Notes: generated by a model not told the origin, from the sequence alone. A stretch of DNA of 64,000 nt from Pirellulales bacterium (GCA_963733035.1 CAVTBU010000007.1:672001-736000); one strand, 5' to 3'; counted from the first letter of the stretch, positions 33,113 to 42,868 are shown. A program made the numbers and translations.

Positions 33113-34423
33113 ATGAAGATGAATATCCACCAACTATCGCGACGGACGTTTTTGCGGGGAATTGGCGTCAGCATGGCCCTGCCGTGGCTCGAATCGCTGC
33201 CGGTGTGGGGCGACGAGGTGACTGGGACCAGCGGCGGAAGCCAGGCGCCCGTGCGGTTCGCCGCCTTGTTTGCCGGCAATGGTTTTCACAGCCGCGAGTG
33301 GTGGGCCGAGGGCCAGGGTCGTGATCTGAAAGTCGGCAAGGTGCTCGAGCCGGTGGCCGACTTCCGCGAGAAGATGCTGTTCATTCGTGGGCTGTACAAC
33401 GAAGAAGCCCTCAAGGGCAACATTCACAGTTCGCAAACAGGCAACTTGCTGTCCGGAGCGCCGTTGGCCTCGGGCGGCGAAATCCGTTCCGGCACGAGCA
33501 TCGACCAGGTGATCGCGCAGCAGCAAGGGCGCGCGACCAAGGTGCCCAGCCTGGTCCTAGGGTGCGAAAAGTCGAATCCCTCGGTGCACAAGAATTACTC
33601 GATGCTCTACAGCTCGCACATTTCGTGGAGCTCGCCAACGGCGCCGACGCCGCTGGAATTGTACCCGGCCTTGGCGTTCGATCGCTTGTTCAAAGATGAA
33701 ATTCAACGCGGCGACCAAAGCGTGCTGGATGCGGTGATGGAAGACGCCCAAGACATCCGCCGCCAGATTAGCACGGCCGACCAGCGCAAGCTCGACGAGT
33801 ATCTCGACTCGGTGCGCGAAGTGGAGCAGCGGATCGAGCAAGCCGGCGAAAAGGGGGAACTGCAAGGATGGCGACCGACACTCTCGGCGCCGAACATTCC
33901 TCGCCCGGCCGATGGCATTCCGCAGAACATTGCCGAGCATATGCGGCTGATGTGCGACATTCTGGTGTTGGGCTTCCAAACCGATACCACCCGGGTCTGC
34001 ACGCTCAAGCTCAATAACGACCACAGTTCACTGCGATTCCCGCATCTGGGTGTGGACTACATGATCCACCACCTGCTGTCGCATTCCGACACAGCCGACT
34101 GGCTGAAGGTGAATCAGTTCTTCCTCGAGCAGTTGGGCTACATCGCTCGCAAGCTCGATGCGATTCAAGAAGGCGAGCGAACGGCGCTCGACAACTCGAT
34201 GCTGCTGTTTTGTTCGAGCATGATGACCGGCGGTCACGATGCCACGAAGCTGCCGGTGGTCGTCTTGGGGCGCGGCGGCGGTAAGATGGAGACCGGCCGC
34301 GTGCTCGACTATCTCGAGAAGCCGAACCGAAAGATGTGCAGCCTATACTTGTCGCTCCTCGACAAGGCGGGCATCCACCTCAAGCAATTCGGCGACTCCC
34401 AGGAACGCCTGGCCGAGGTGTAA
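33113..34423 (+). CDS. DUF1552 protein with Tat-like signal
   Basis: LSRRTFLRGIGVSMALPWLESL; SIDQVIA; SVLDAV; D..KLDEYL.SVREVE.RI; FQTDTTRV; HHLLSH; EGERTALDNS. Confidence 0.92.
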   Translation: MKMNIHQLSRRTFLRGIGVSMALPWLESLPVWGDEVTGTSGGSQAPVRFAALFAGNGFHSREWWAEGQGRDLKVGKVLEPVADFREKMLFIRGLYNEEALKGNIHSSQTGNLLSGAPLASGGEIRSGTSIDQVIAQQQGRATKVPSLVLGCEKSNPSVHKNYSMLYSSHISWSSPTAPTPLELYPALAFDRLFKDEIQRGDQSVLDAVMEDAQDIRRQISTADQRKLDEYLDSVREVEQRIEQAGEKGELQGWRPTLSAPNIPRPADGIPQNIAEHMRLMCDILVLGFQTDTTRVCTLKLNNDHSSLRFPHLGVDYMIHHLLSHSDTADWLKVNQFFLEQLGYIARKLDAIQEGERTALDNSMLLFCSSMMTGGHDATKLPVVVLGRGGGKMETGRVLDYLEKPNRKMCSLYLSLLDKAGIHLKQFGDSQERLAEV

Positions 34424-34545
34424 ATCGCGGATAGCGGATTTCAGCGTTTCCGCGAGCACAACCCGGCTCAGAAGAGATAGTTGGCCAACACCTGTTCGGC
34501 CTAGGAGGAGTCGTTGCAACGTTCCTTGCAATATGACACGCTAAC

Positions 34546-34618
34546 TGCTCCCTGATGGACTTGAACCATCAACCCTCTGATTAAGAGTCAGATGCTCTGC
34601 CAATTGAGCTAAGGGAGC
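34546..34618 (-). tRNA. tRNA-Lys(CTT), CCA not encoded
   Basis: Reverse complement GCTCCCTTAGCTCAATTGGCAGAGCATCTGACTCTTAATCAGAGGGTTGATGGTTCAAGTCCATCAGGGAGCA folds as a cloverleaf with anticodon CTT. Confidence 0.96.
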
Positions 34619-34769
34619 TTGGGTGGGCACGAGCGCGGCGCTCACGTCCAAGGCTTATGGTACCTAACGTCGGCAGCCGGACAAGGGGGCAGCCGGGTTT
34701 TTGCCGCGTGGATGAACCCGAATGTCGAGCGTGGCGAGGACTCCAGTGGCACACGTCGAGTTGGTCTCG

Positions 34770-36713
34770 TCAGTCGGAAGCATCGCTGGTGGGCAGCCCA
34801 AGTTGGCGCATTTTCCGATACAGGTTCGAACGGTGCAGCCCCATCCGATTGGCGGCCTCGCTCATATTGCCCCGGGCGCGCTGGATATTCTTCTTGATGT
34901 AATCGATTTGGAACTGATCGGTCGCCTCCGACAGTGGCAAATCAAGGTTCACCAGCGCCGGGCTCTCGCCAGCGGGGTTCAAAATGAAGGCCAGGTCTTC
35001 CGCCTCGACACGCTCGCCCGGTAGCAGATAGGCGAGACGCTCCATCAAGTTGCGCAGCTCGCGAACGTTGCCTGGCCACGAGTGCCCGGTAAGACGCGTG
35101 CGTGCGGCCGCCGAGAATTTCAATCGCCGGCGATGCGCCTTGCGGCAAAAGCCGTCGAGAAAGTGTTCGGCCAACAGCATCACGTCGTCGCCGCGCTCCC
35201 GCAGAGCCGGCAAGCCGAGCGTGACGACATTCAACCGGAAGTAGAGATCCTGGCGAAATCGCTTTTGACGGACCATCTCGGCGAGGTCCTGATTGGTTGC
35301 CGCGATGACTCGGGCATCGGTATGGATCGGCCTTGATCCGCCGACTCGAACCACCACCTTTTCTTCCAGCACGCGGAGCAGCTTTGCCTGGCCACCGAGA
35401 CTCAAGTCGCCGATCTCGTCCAGAAACAACGTGCCGCCGGAGGCCAATTCGAATTTACCGGCGTGACTCTCGTGGGCATCGGTAAAGGCTCCCTTTTCGT
35501 GGCCAAACAGCTCGCTTTCCAGCAGCGTTTCGGTGAGGGCCGCGCAATTGACCGCCACGAATGGCTCAGCACGGCGCTTGCTCAGGTAATGAATCGATTG
35601 AGCGACGACTTCCTTGCCGGTGCCGTTTTCACCCAGAATCAGGACTGCGAGATCCGTTCCGGCCACGCGACTGATCGTCGAACGCAGGGCCTCGATCGCC
35701 GGACTTTGACCGACCAACGACACGCTTTCAGCCGCCTGGTCGACGATGTGTTGATGCCGTGAAAGAAGCTGCCCAAAGTGCTGGGTGTTCTCCAGGGCGA
35801 CGGCGGCATGTGCGGCCAATTCGACGAGGTCCTCCTCGTCCGTGGCGGTGAATTCGCCAGAGTGCTTGTTGAGCACTTCGAATGCGCCGAGGATTTGCCC
35901 TTCGCTACCGTGAATGGGAACGCATAGTAGTGTGCGAGTTTGGTAATTCTGTGCGCGGTCGACGTGGCGATCGATCTCGGCGCCGTCGGTCAAACGAATG
36001 CGGCGCGTTTCGCCAGTTTGAACGACACTGCCAACGACACCCGCGTCGTCCGAAATACGAAGCTCATTGTCTTTCAGTCCCAGCGCAGGTCGTCCGACGA
36101 GCGTATGGTTCGGCCGATCCCACAGAAAAATGCTGGCCCGATCGGCGCGGAGCAACCGTGTCGCGGCTTCTGCCATTTGCACCAGCAACGGCTCCATGGC
36201 TCCGGCCTGGTTCCACGTGCCGGTGATTTGCACAATCGCCTCGAGGCGTTCCACGCGACGTCGGCATTGCTCGTTACGGCGTGCCATGGTCAAGGATTCG
36301 GCCAGCGCGGCTGACAGTAGGTTCAGTTCCGCAGGCGGTGATTCGGGCGCGTTGCTTCGCGAGAAGCAAAACGCAAGCACTTCGCTAGTGCTTGCTCGGG
36401 GTGCCAATGGCATGGCGACCCAAACGTCGTTGGATGTCAATTGTTCACGATCGAGCGCGTCGGCCAGCAGCGCGAACGGCAGCTTTCGCGGCCGGCCCGA
36501 TTCGGCGAGTGTGGCCCAGTGGCCACCCTCGAACCGGATCAATGCGGCGAACTCAGCCACGGCGGTCTGCACGGCCACCGGCAGCGCCTGAGCCAGGAAG
36601 GCAGATGCCGTCTCAGCGACGTTTGCGCTGCGGAGCAGCTCAGCGACGACCCTATCTCCTTGTCTCATAATTGATTCAGAGATTCGTGACGCAGTGTCGG
36701 GAGTCGCCGGCAT
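34770..36713 (-). CDS. sigma-54-dependent enhancer-binding protein (GAF-AAA+-Fis HTH)
   Basis: GAF (ADRASIFL...TRTLLCVP...VLNK); GENGTGKE, ESELFGHEKGAFTDA, LFLDEIG and WPGNVREL; HTH GNMSEAANRMGLHRSNLYRKM. The start could instead be 36668. Confidence 0.93.
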   Translation of the reverse strand: MPATPDTASRISESIMRQGDRVVAELLRSANVAETASAFLAQALPVAVQTAVAEFAALIRFEGGHWATLAESGRPRKLPFALLADALDREQLTSNDVWVAMPLAPRASTSEVLAFCFSRSNAPESPPAELNLLSAALAESLTMARRNEQCRRRVERLEAIVQITGTWNQAGAMEPLLVQMAEAATRLLRADRASIFLWDRPNHTLVGRPALGLKDNELRISDDAGVVGSVVQTGETRRIRLTDGAEIDRHVDRAQNYQTRTLLCVPIHGSEGQILGAFEVLNKHSGEFTATDEEDLVELAAHAAVALENTQHFGQLLSRHQHIVDQAAESVSLVGQSPAIEALRSTISRVAGTDLAVLILGENGTGKEVVAQSIHYLSKRRAEPFVAVNCAALTETLLESELFGHEKGAFTDAHESHAGKFELASGGTLFLDEIGDLSLGGQAKLLRVLEEKVVVRVGGSRPIHTDARVIAATNQDLAEMVRQKRFRQDLYFRLNVVTLGLPALRERGDDVMLLAEHFLDGFCRKAHRRRLKFSAAARTRLTGHSWPGNVRELRNLMERLAYLLPGERVEAEDLAFILNPAGESPALVNLDLPLSEATDQFQIDYIKKNIQRARGNMSEAANRMGLHRSNLYRKMRQLGLPTSDASD

Positions 36714-36999
36714 GACTCATTGTCCTCAGAGTGGGGCCAGTAATCTGCGGGAATGTGTATTCGTTTTAATATCTTCCTGGCGGAGAATGTCATCGATATG
36801 AAATAGTAACGCCGGTCGCTCTGAAGTCAATTAGCTGCGAATTGCGAATCGTTTCGATTTCTTCCGCGCGACAAAATGTGCGCTGTAGGCGAAGTTGAGC
36901 GTTTAGCCTCAAAGCGTTATGTTTGGCGTCGTTCGACTTTGGACTTGCAACCAGCTTCGCATCCGGCCCGCTGCCGCCGGCCAGAATAAGGAGATTCGC

Positions 37000-37818
37000 A
37001 TGGGCGCGTTTGAGGGCAAAAAAGGTTTGATTCTCGGAGTGGCGAACGACCATTCGATCGCCTGGGCAATTGCCAAGTGTGTCATGGACCAGGGAGCCGT
37101 GTGTGGCTTTACTCACCTGCCTGACCGCCCGGACGACGAGCGCCAGCGGAATCGCCGCCGAGTGGCGATGCTCACGGACCCGACGCCAAGTGCCAAGTTC
37201 CTGGTCCCACTCGACGTGCAAAACGACGACCAGATCAAGGAAGTGATGGCGACGGCTGGCAAAGAGTTCGGCAAGATCGACTTTTTGCTACACGCCATCG
37301 CATTTGCTTCCATGGAAGATCTGAAACGTGATACCGTCGAGACCAGCCGTAGCGGCTTTTTGATGGCGATGGAAATCAGCGCCTACAGTCTGCTTGCAGT
37401 AACCAATGCGGCCCGCGAGATTCTCAACGATGGGGCCGCGATTACCACGATGACCTACTTCGGCGGTGAAAAGGCTGTACCGGGTTACAACGTGATGGGC
37501 ATTTGCAAGGCAGCGCTCGATTCTTCCGTAAAATACCTGGCGTACGACCTGGGACCGCGAGGGATTCGAGTTAACGCGCTTTCGGCCGGCCCGATACGGA
37601 CGCTTGCCGGCCGCGGGGCCGGTGTCGAAGACATGCTGCAGTTCTACGAAAAAATGGCCCCCCTCGGACGCAACGTAACGCATGAAGAAGTCGGTCGGAC
37701 CGGCGCGTTTCTGCTTTCGCCCGATTCAGATGGCATTACCGGCGAGATTCTGCACGTCGACTGTGGCTACAACATCATGGGCACTCCCGGCCGCTTGCTC
37801 GACGAGTTCAAGAAATGA
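37000..37818 (+). CDS. fabI: Enoyl-ACP reductase
   Basis: GVANDHSIAWAIA, YNVMGICKAAL and SAGPIRTLA motifs. Confidence 0.95.
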   Translation: MGAFEGKKGLILGVANDHSIAWAIAKCVMDQGAVCGFTHLPDRPDDERQRNRRRVAMLTDPTPSAKFLVPLDVQNDDQIKEVMATAGKEFGKIDFLLHAIAFASMEDLKRDTVETSRSGFLMAMEISAYSLLAVTNAAREILNDGAAITTMTYFGGEKAVPGYNVMGICKAALDSSVKYLAYDLGPRGIRVNALSAGPIRTLAGRGAGVEDMLQFYEKMAPLGRNVTHEEVGRTGAFLLSPDSDGITGEILHVDCGYNIMGTPGRLLDEFKK

Positions 37819-38231
37819 ACGTGCCGCCCGCTCCGGGAAGAGTGACACGCACCGAGATCGGCGTCGCGGTTGTTGAACACGAAGGCCGTTTTCTGATTGG
37901 GCTCAGACCCGCGGGTGGCCCACTCGCCGGATATTGGGAGTTCCCGGGCGGTAAATCTCGCGACGGTGAATCACCGCGGGACGCCGCCGTGCGCGAATGC
38001 CGCGAAGAGACCGGTATTCGCGTGCGGGTCGTGGGGGAGTACCCGACGGCGAACTTTGACTACGACCACGGGGCCGTATGCTTGCATTTCTTTGCTTGCG
38101 AGCCGGTTGGTCCCAGCGCCAAATCGCTACCCGCGCGGCTGAAGTGGGTGACCCGCGAGGAACTTCGCGAACACACGTTTCCGCCAGCAAACGCGGCACT
38201 CCTCGAACAGTTGCATGCAACCGTTCGCTAG
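37815..38231 (+). CDS. MutT-like NUDIX pyrophosphohydrolase
   Basis: WEFPGGK...GE...AAVRECREETG Nudix box; FPPAN; overlaps the fabI stop (ATGA). Confidence 0.9.
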   Translation: MNVPPAPGRVTRTEIGVAVVEHEGRFLIGLRPAGGPLAGYWEFPGGKSRDGESPRDAAVRECREETGIRVRVVGEYPTANFDYDHGAVCLHFFACEPVGPSAKSLPARLKWVTREELREHTFPPANAALLEQLHATVR

Positions 38232-38435
38232 CGAGGCCGTTGGGAAGTGCCCTAGCAGCGTTTTCAAGAATTGGGGTAAAACTTGCAAAGTTTGATGGCT
38301 CGATTGCCGAGTCCGCGGCATCACCTTTGAACCCTCAATCCTCGGGCAAACAGCGCCCACCCAAGAGTTTAGGATTCGTTTTCCTTCCTGCCAGATGAAC
38401 AACGGCTCAGAACTTGCTTCCCCCCGGGCGCAGGC

Positions 38436-38498
38436 GGCTGCAGGGACGCAGCCAGAAGTTCTGACAGAGACTAAGGAGCTAGCCGAGCATGGATGCTC
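38436..38498 (+). promoter_or_regulatory. Three tandem GGA-loop hairpins (putative CsrA/RsmA sites) over the RBS and start codon
   Basis: GGCTGC-AGGGAC-GCAGCC; CTA-AGGAGC-TAG; GAGC-ATGGAT-GCTC. Confidence 0.55.
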
Positions 38499-39655
38499 TC
38501 GCAATCCGGTGCGCCATTCTGGTCGCCGCCGTGGCTTCGATGGGGGCCAGTTACCGATCGCCCAATTTCATCGTCGAGGCTCCCACCCCGCAAATGGCCG
38601 AGCAAATCGGTCAAGCTGCCGAAACGTACCGCCGCGAACTAGCCGTCGAGTGGCTCGGAAGTCCGATGCGAAACTGGGCGCAGCCCTGCCCCATCACGGC
38701 TCACGTTGGCAACCAGCTGGGGGCGGGTGGTGCGACGAGCTTCGTGTTCGAGCATGGCGAAGTATTCGGCTGGCAGATGACGATCCAGGGTTCGCTCGAG
38801 CGGATTCTTGACTCGGTGCTCCCGCACGAAGTCACGCACACGGTCTTTGCCACGCACTTTCGACAACCCCTGCCCCGCTGGGCCGATGAAGGCGCTTGCA
38901 CCACGGTCGAGCATGAGAGTGAACGTGGCAAGCAGCAACGGATGCTTATCGAGTTTCTGCACACGAACCGGGGCATCGCCTTCAGCCGGATGTTTGCCAT
39001 GCGAGAATACCCACGGGATGTGATGCCACTGTACTCCCAGGGGTATTCGCTGGCGCGGTTCTTGATTTCCCAGGGCGGAAAGCGAAAGTTCCTCACCTAC
39101 CTGGCCGACGGCATGGGAGATGAGAACTGGTCGCGGGCCACGAAACAACACTACGCCTTTGACGACCTCTTGGAACTGCAGAACAACTGGCTGGCCTGGG
39201 TGAAACAAGGCAGCCCGTCGATTAACGCGCCCGACGAAACACCGGCTTTGGTGGCTGTGAACGCGCCGGCGCCGCGTGACGCAACGTCGCAGGCACGTAC
39301 GGAAGCATTTCCGCCAGAAGATCAGCTCGCTGCCGCCGCGCCGAGTGCTGACGGCCGAAGCGTTTATGAAAGGACGGCTGGCGAGGGCGGCTTGACCAGC
39401 AATGCGGGCTCGGCGGAATCCTGGCAGCCGCGCGACGTTTCGTCGTCGGCTGATCCAGTGGCAAGCACAGCGCCGTCGAAAGCCGCGCCGGTACCGCGCG
39501 TGGAGGCCCCGCTGGATAAACTCCCCGGGCCTGCATATCAGGTCACGCGGCCACAAGAGATTCAACGACCGCGGCAAGTCATCCTCGAATGGAGCCGCCC
39601 GCCCGGTAGCGACTCGGCGATCATGGCATCGCGTGACATGCCGGGGCCACGGTAG
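38489..39655 (+). CDS. Secreted gluzincin-like (peptidase MA) protein with disordered C-terminus
   Basis: Signal peptide; PHEVTH (HEXXH) followed by PRWADEG; Pro/Ala/Ser-rich tail. Confidence 0.75.
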   Translation: MDALAIRCAILVAAVASMGASYRSPNFIVEAPTPQMAEQIGQAAETYRRELAVEWLGSPMRNWAQPCPITAHVGNQLGAGGATSFVFEHGEVFGWQMTIQGSLERILDSVLPHEVTHTVFATHFRQPLPRWADEGACTTVEHESERGKQQRMLIEFLHTNRGIAFSRMFAMREYPRDVMPLYSQGYSLARFLISQGGKRKFLTYLADGMGDENWSRATKQHYAFDDLLELQNNWLAWVKQGSPSINAPDETPALVAVNAPAPRDATSQARTEAFPPEDQLAAAAPSADGRSVYERTAGEGGLTSNAGSAESWQPRDVSSSADPVASTAPSKAAPVPRVEAPLDKLPGPAYQVTRPQEIQRPRQVILEWSRPPGSDSAIMASRDMPGPR

Positions 39656-39757
39656 GCAACCCTCCAGGTCGCAGCCTCACGGGCAGCGACCGACGACGCA
39701 TGCCGGAAGAGGAGGCCGGGGCATGGCGCGAACCGGCAGCCCCTTCTCGTTGGCGCG

Positions 39758-40723
39758 CTACGCCAAGGGAACAAACAGGTATCTTGTCAGGTGGTAAAAT
39801 ACCGGTGCGGCGAAGCAGATGGAGTCGATGCGGTCGAGCACTCCGCCATGGCCAACGACCAGCGTGCCATAGTCCTTCACGCCGCGGTCGCGTTTGATGG
39901 CCGACATCGTCATCCCGCCGGCAAAACCCATCACGGCGATCACGGCCGACAGCCCGGCGGCTTGCCAGGGTTCGAACGGCGTAGCCCACCACAGTGCGGC
40001 GCCGATCAGAGAGGTGCTGGCAACGCCTCCGATAAAGCCTTCCCAGGTACGGCTAGGACTGATGGCCGGCGCGATAACCCTTCGGCCCAGCAGTTTTCCC
40101 CAGGCAAACTGAAGCACGTCGTTGAGCTGCACCACCAGCACGAAAAAGAACAGCAGTCGCGAGTTCTGCCCCTCGAAGCCGGGAATCTTCAGACTCAGGA
40201 TCGCCGGCGCGTAACTTAGGCAGTAGACGCAGATCATCAGGCCGGCCTGAATCTTGGCCACGCGTTCCAAAAACCGCTTGTAGTCGCCGGCCATTGCAAC
40301 CCGGGCCGGAATAAAAAGGAACGCGTACACCGGAATCAACACCGTGAACAACAAGCCGTAGCGTTCGACGCCCAGGCCGACAATCAAGTACTGCAGCGGC
40401 GTGAACACGATGAACACCCAAAACAGCGCTCGATGATCGCCCAACCGCGTGGGCGTCAGCGTGATGAATTCGCGCAGCGCCCAAAACGAGATCAGGAAGA
40501 ACACGATCACCGTGGCCACGCGAGAGGCTTGGCCCAGGAGGAAGGCGGCCGCCAGCACGGTGCACATCAGCCACCAGGCCCGGATGCGCAGATTGAAGGC
40601 GTCGACAAGCGCCGGATTGATGCCGATGTCGGACGAGTACTTGAGCCGCTGGCCGATCATTGTGGCCGTAGACAGAATCGCCAGCACGCCACCAACCAGG
40701 AATAAGGTTCTGGGATCGAACAT
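39758..40723 (-). CDS. Phosphatidate cytidylyltransferase (YnbB/CdsA type)
   Basis: RIRAWW, ISPSRTWEG, SAIKRDRGVKDYG and GHGGVLDRIDS motifs; multiple TM segments. Confidence 0.92.
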   Translation of the reverse strand: MFDPRTLFLVGGVLAILSTATMIGQRLKYSSDIGINPALVDAFNLRIRAWWLMCTVLAAAFLLGQASRVATVIVFFLISFWALREFITLTPTRLGDHRALFWVFIVFTPLQYLIVGLGVERYGLLFTVLIPVYAFLFIPARVAMAGDYKRFLERVAKIQAGLMICVYCLSYAPAILSLKIPGFEGQNSRLLFFFVLVVQLNDVLQFAWGKLLGRRVIAPAISPSRTWEGFIGGVASTSLIGAALWWATPFEPWQAAGLSAVIAVMGFAGGMTMSAIKRDRGVKDYGTLVVGHGGVLDRIDSICFAAPVFYHLTRYLFVPLA

Positions 40724-40799
40724 CCGGCTTTTCTCTTAAATTCGCAATTGTCGCCGTCGTCGGCGGTTTGACCCGCCCGTGGCGAGAGTCTACCAAATT

Positions 40800-41400
40800 C
40801 TAAAGGTCCTTGAGACGCCTCACGGCCTCGCGGGCCCGGGTGAGGAACTCGGTCTTTGCCTCGCCTTGTTCCAGGTACATTGGCGGACCGAAGGTGACAA
40901 GACTCAACAGCGGCACCGGCAGGAACTCGCCACGCGGCAACACGCGGTTTAAATTGTCGATGTGCACGGGCACCAATTCCAGATCGGGTCGCTTCTTGGC
41001 CAAATAATAGAGGCCGCTCTTGAATTCCTGAATCCTGGACTCTGTGTTGCGGCTGCCCTCGGGAAAAACGATCAGCGACTGGTCGTCGCCAATCTCGCGC
41101 AACATCAGGTCGACCGGGCTTTGATGGACTTTGATATCCGTGCGGTCGATAAGCAAGGCATTGAACGTACGCGCCATGTACGCGCCGCACGGCCCCCTTT
41201 TCCCAATAGTCTTTCGCCGCCACCGGTCTCGTGACCGCGCGAACCGCCTGGGGCAGCGTCGACCAAAGCACGATCGCGTCCAGATGGCTCGTGTGGTTCG
41301 CAAAGTAGACGCGCTGGCACGTGTCTGGCTGACAGTCGATCCAGCGCACGCTGGCACCGCTGAGAATGCGGGCGATCAGGGCCAGGAGTCGAGAGGTCAT
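40800..41400 (-). CDS. Lysophospholipid acyltransferase (PlsC family; frameshift near 41181)
   Basis: NHTSHLD (HxxxxD) in ORF 40657..41508; FPEGSR and FKSG in ORF 40800..41357. Confidence 0.9.
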
Positions 41401-41622
41401 GCTGCGTTTCGTCGGGTGGTTGCAGAGTGCGAGGCGGGACGGCCGCGGCGGCCATGCCCCTGGACGGGGTGAGGAGATGCCGGGCGCCTTGCCGGTCCGC
41501 CTGCGCACCGGTCAGTGGCATATTATCCTGGTCATCGAACGGGGCAAAGGCCCACACCGGCACTTCGGCTCGACGTTAGTTGCCGACAACAAGTGCGCGG
41601 CCACAAACGCGGGAAAACACCT

Positions 41623-42849
41623 TCAAGACGCGATGCCAGCGTGTGTCGGCGCCAGTTCCCTTGTGGAATTCGGAAGCGCGGTAGCCCTCGACTGGTTCGC
41701 TTTACGGTCATAAATCTCGCTAAGAAGCTGTTGATATCCGTCCACCATCTGTTCGAGCGACCAACGCTCGGTAACTGTCTCGCGGCCTTTCTGTCCGATG
41801 CTTTCGGCCAGTGTGGGGTCGCGAAGTAATTGCACGATTCGGCTCACAACTTGAGCTTCGTCGCTGGGCTCAGTCAGAAAACCGGTTTCGCCGTTTGAAA
41901 CCGTTTCGGCAATGGAACCCACGTTCGGTGCCACAACGGGCTTGCCACTGGCCATGGCTTCCAATATGGAAACGGGATTGGCTTCCATTTTCGACGTCAG
42001 CACAAACACGTCGATGGCCGCAAGGATTTCTGGTATATCGGGGCGATTGCCGAGAAAATGCACGGCCTCGTCCAGACCCAGTTGAGAGGCGCGTTGCTCG
42101 AGATCGGCGCGCATTGGGCCATCGCCAACGATTAATAGCTCCGCGCCGGGAACTTGCCGTCGCACCTGGGCGATGGCGTTCAGCAACAGGGCATGGTTTT
42201 TTTCCGGACGCAGCGCCGCAACAATCCCCACCAGCGGCGTGCACTGCGACACGCCCAACGCCCGACGGACCGCGGTCCTGTCGTGCGGTTCGCAAAAACG
42301 CGCGATGTCGACGCCGTTGGGAATGACGTGTACTTTCGCTGCCGGAAACCCTTCGCCGTCGATCAGGTGGCGTCCGTGTTGCGTGGCGACGCCGATAAAC
42401 GCATCGGTCCACCAAGTCAACAATCGCCAGCGATTTGGGCGCTCGATCACGTCGGGCCAGCCAGTCGAATGTAGCGCCGAGCAAATTACTGGTACGCCGG
42501 CCATTCGTGCCGCGATGCGTCCCCAGAACATCTTGTCTCCGGCGCCGACCGTCACGACGGCATCGACTCGCTGCTGGCGATACAATCGCATCAGCCGGAG
42601 GAGTACGCCAGGGTCGTACTTGCCCCGGATCATGTTCGCGAACGTGGGGATTTCGGCCGAGAGGACTTCTCCCAGCGGGCCGAGCTCTTGCAGGCAACAT
42701 ACCTGTGGTGTGAATCTCTCGCGGTCCATTCGTCGCACGAGATTCACCAGCAGTGTTTCGGCGCCACCCACGGGCATCGAACTAAGAACGAACATCACGC
42801 GCAGCGGTCCGCGGTCGGCCAGAGGAACGAGCTTGGAGTGTTGGGACAT
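41623..42849 (-). CDS. GT4 glycosyltransferase
   Basis: GGAE, IPNGVD, K.H..L and E.NPVSILEAMASGKPVV motifs. Confidence 0.9.
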   Translation of the reverse strand: MSQHSKLVPLADRGPLRVMFVLSSMPVGGAETLLVNLVRRMDRERFTPQVCCLQELGPLGEVLSAEIPTFANMIRGKYDPGVLLRLMRLYRQQRVDAVVTVGAGDKMFWGRIAARMAGVPVICSALHSTGWPDVIERPNRWRLLTWWTDAFIGVATQHGRHLIDGEGFPAAKVHVIPNGVDIARFCEPHDRTAVRRALGVSQCTPLVGIVAALRPEKNHALLLNAIAQVRRQVPGAELLIVGDGPMRADLEQRASQLGLDEAVHFLGNRPDIPEILAAIDVFVLTSKMEANPVSILEAMASGKPVVAPNVGSIAETVSNGETGFLTEPSDEAQVVSRIVQLLRDPTLAESIGQKGRETVTERWSLEQMVDGYQQLLSEIYDRKANQSRATALPNSTRELAPTHAGIAS

Positions 42850-42868
42850 CAAACGAGCCTCGCGTTTG

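Noticed and set aside
19297..34618. GntR locus as an island integrated at tRNA-Lys
   Set aside because: It lies on the tRNA 3' side, but I found no integrase, no duplicated tRNA 3' end at the far boundary and no obvious compositional shift.
38270..38460. c-di-GMP-I riboswitch (GGGCAAAC… and GGGACGCA pieces)
   Set aside because: No GNRA-capped P2 stem joins the two pieces and they are ~100 nt apart. GGA-loop hairpins explain the region better.
700..41190. Pseudogenes or programmed frameshifting in murC, ftsQ, copA, E1 and others
   Set aside because: No slippery heptamers or other decay; housekeeping genes are affected; the shared GCGC context points to sequencing error.
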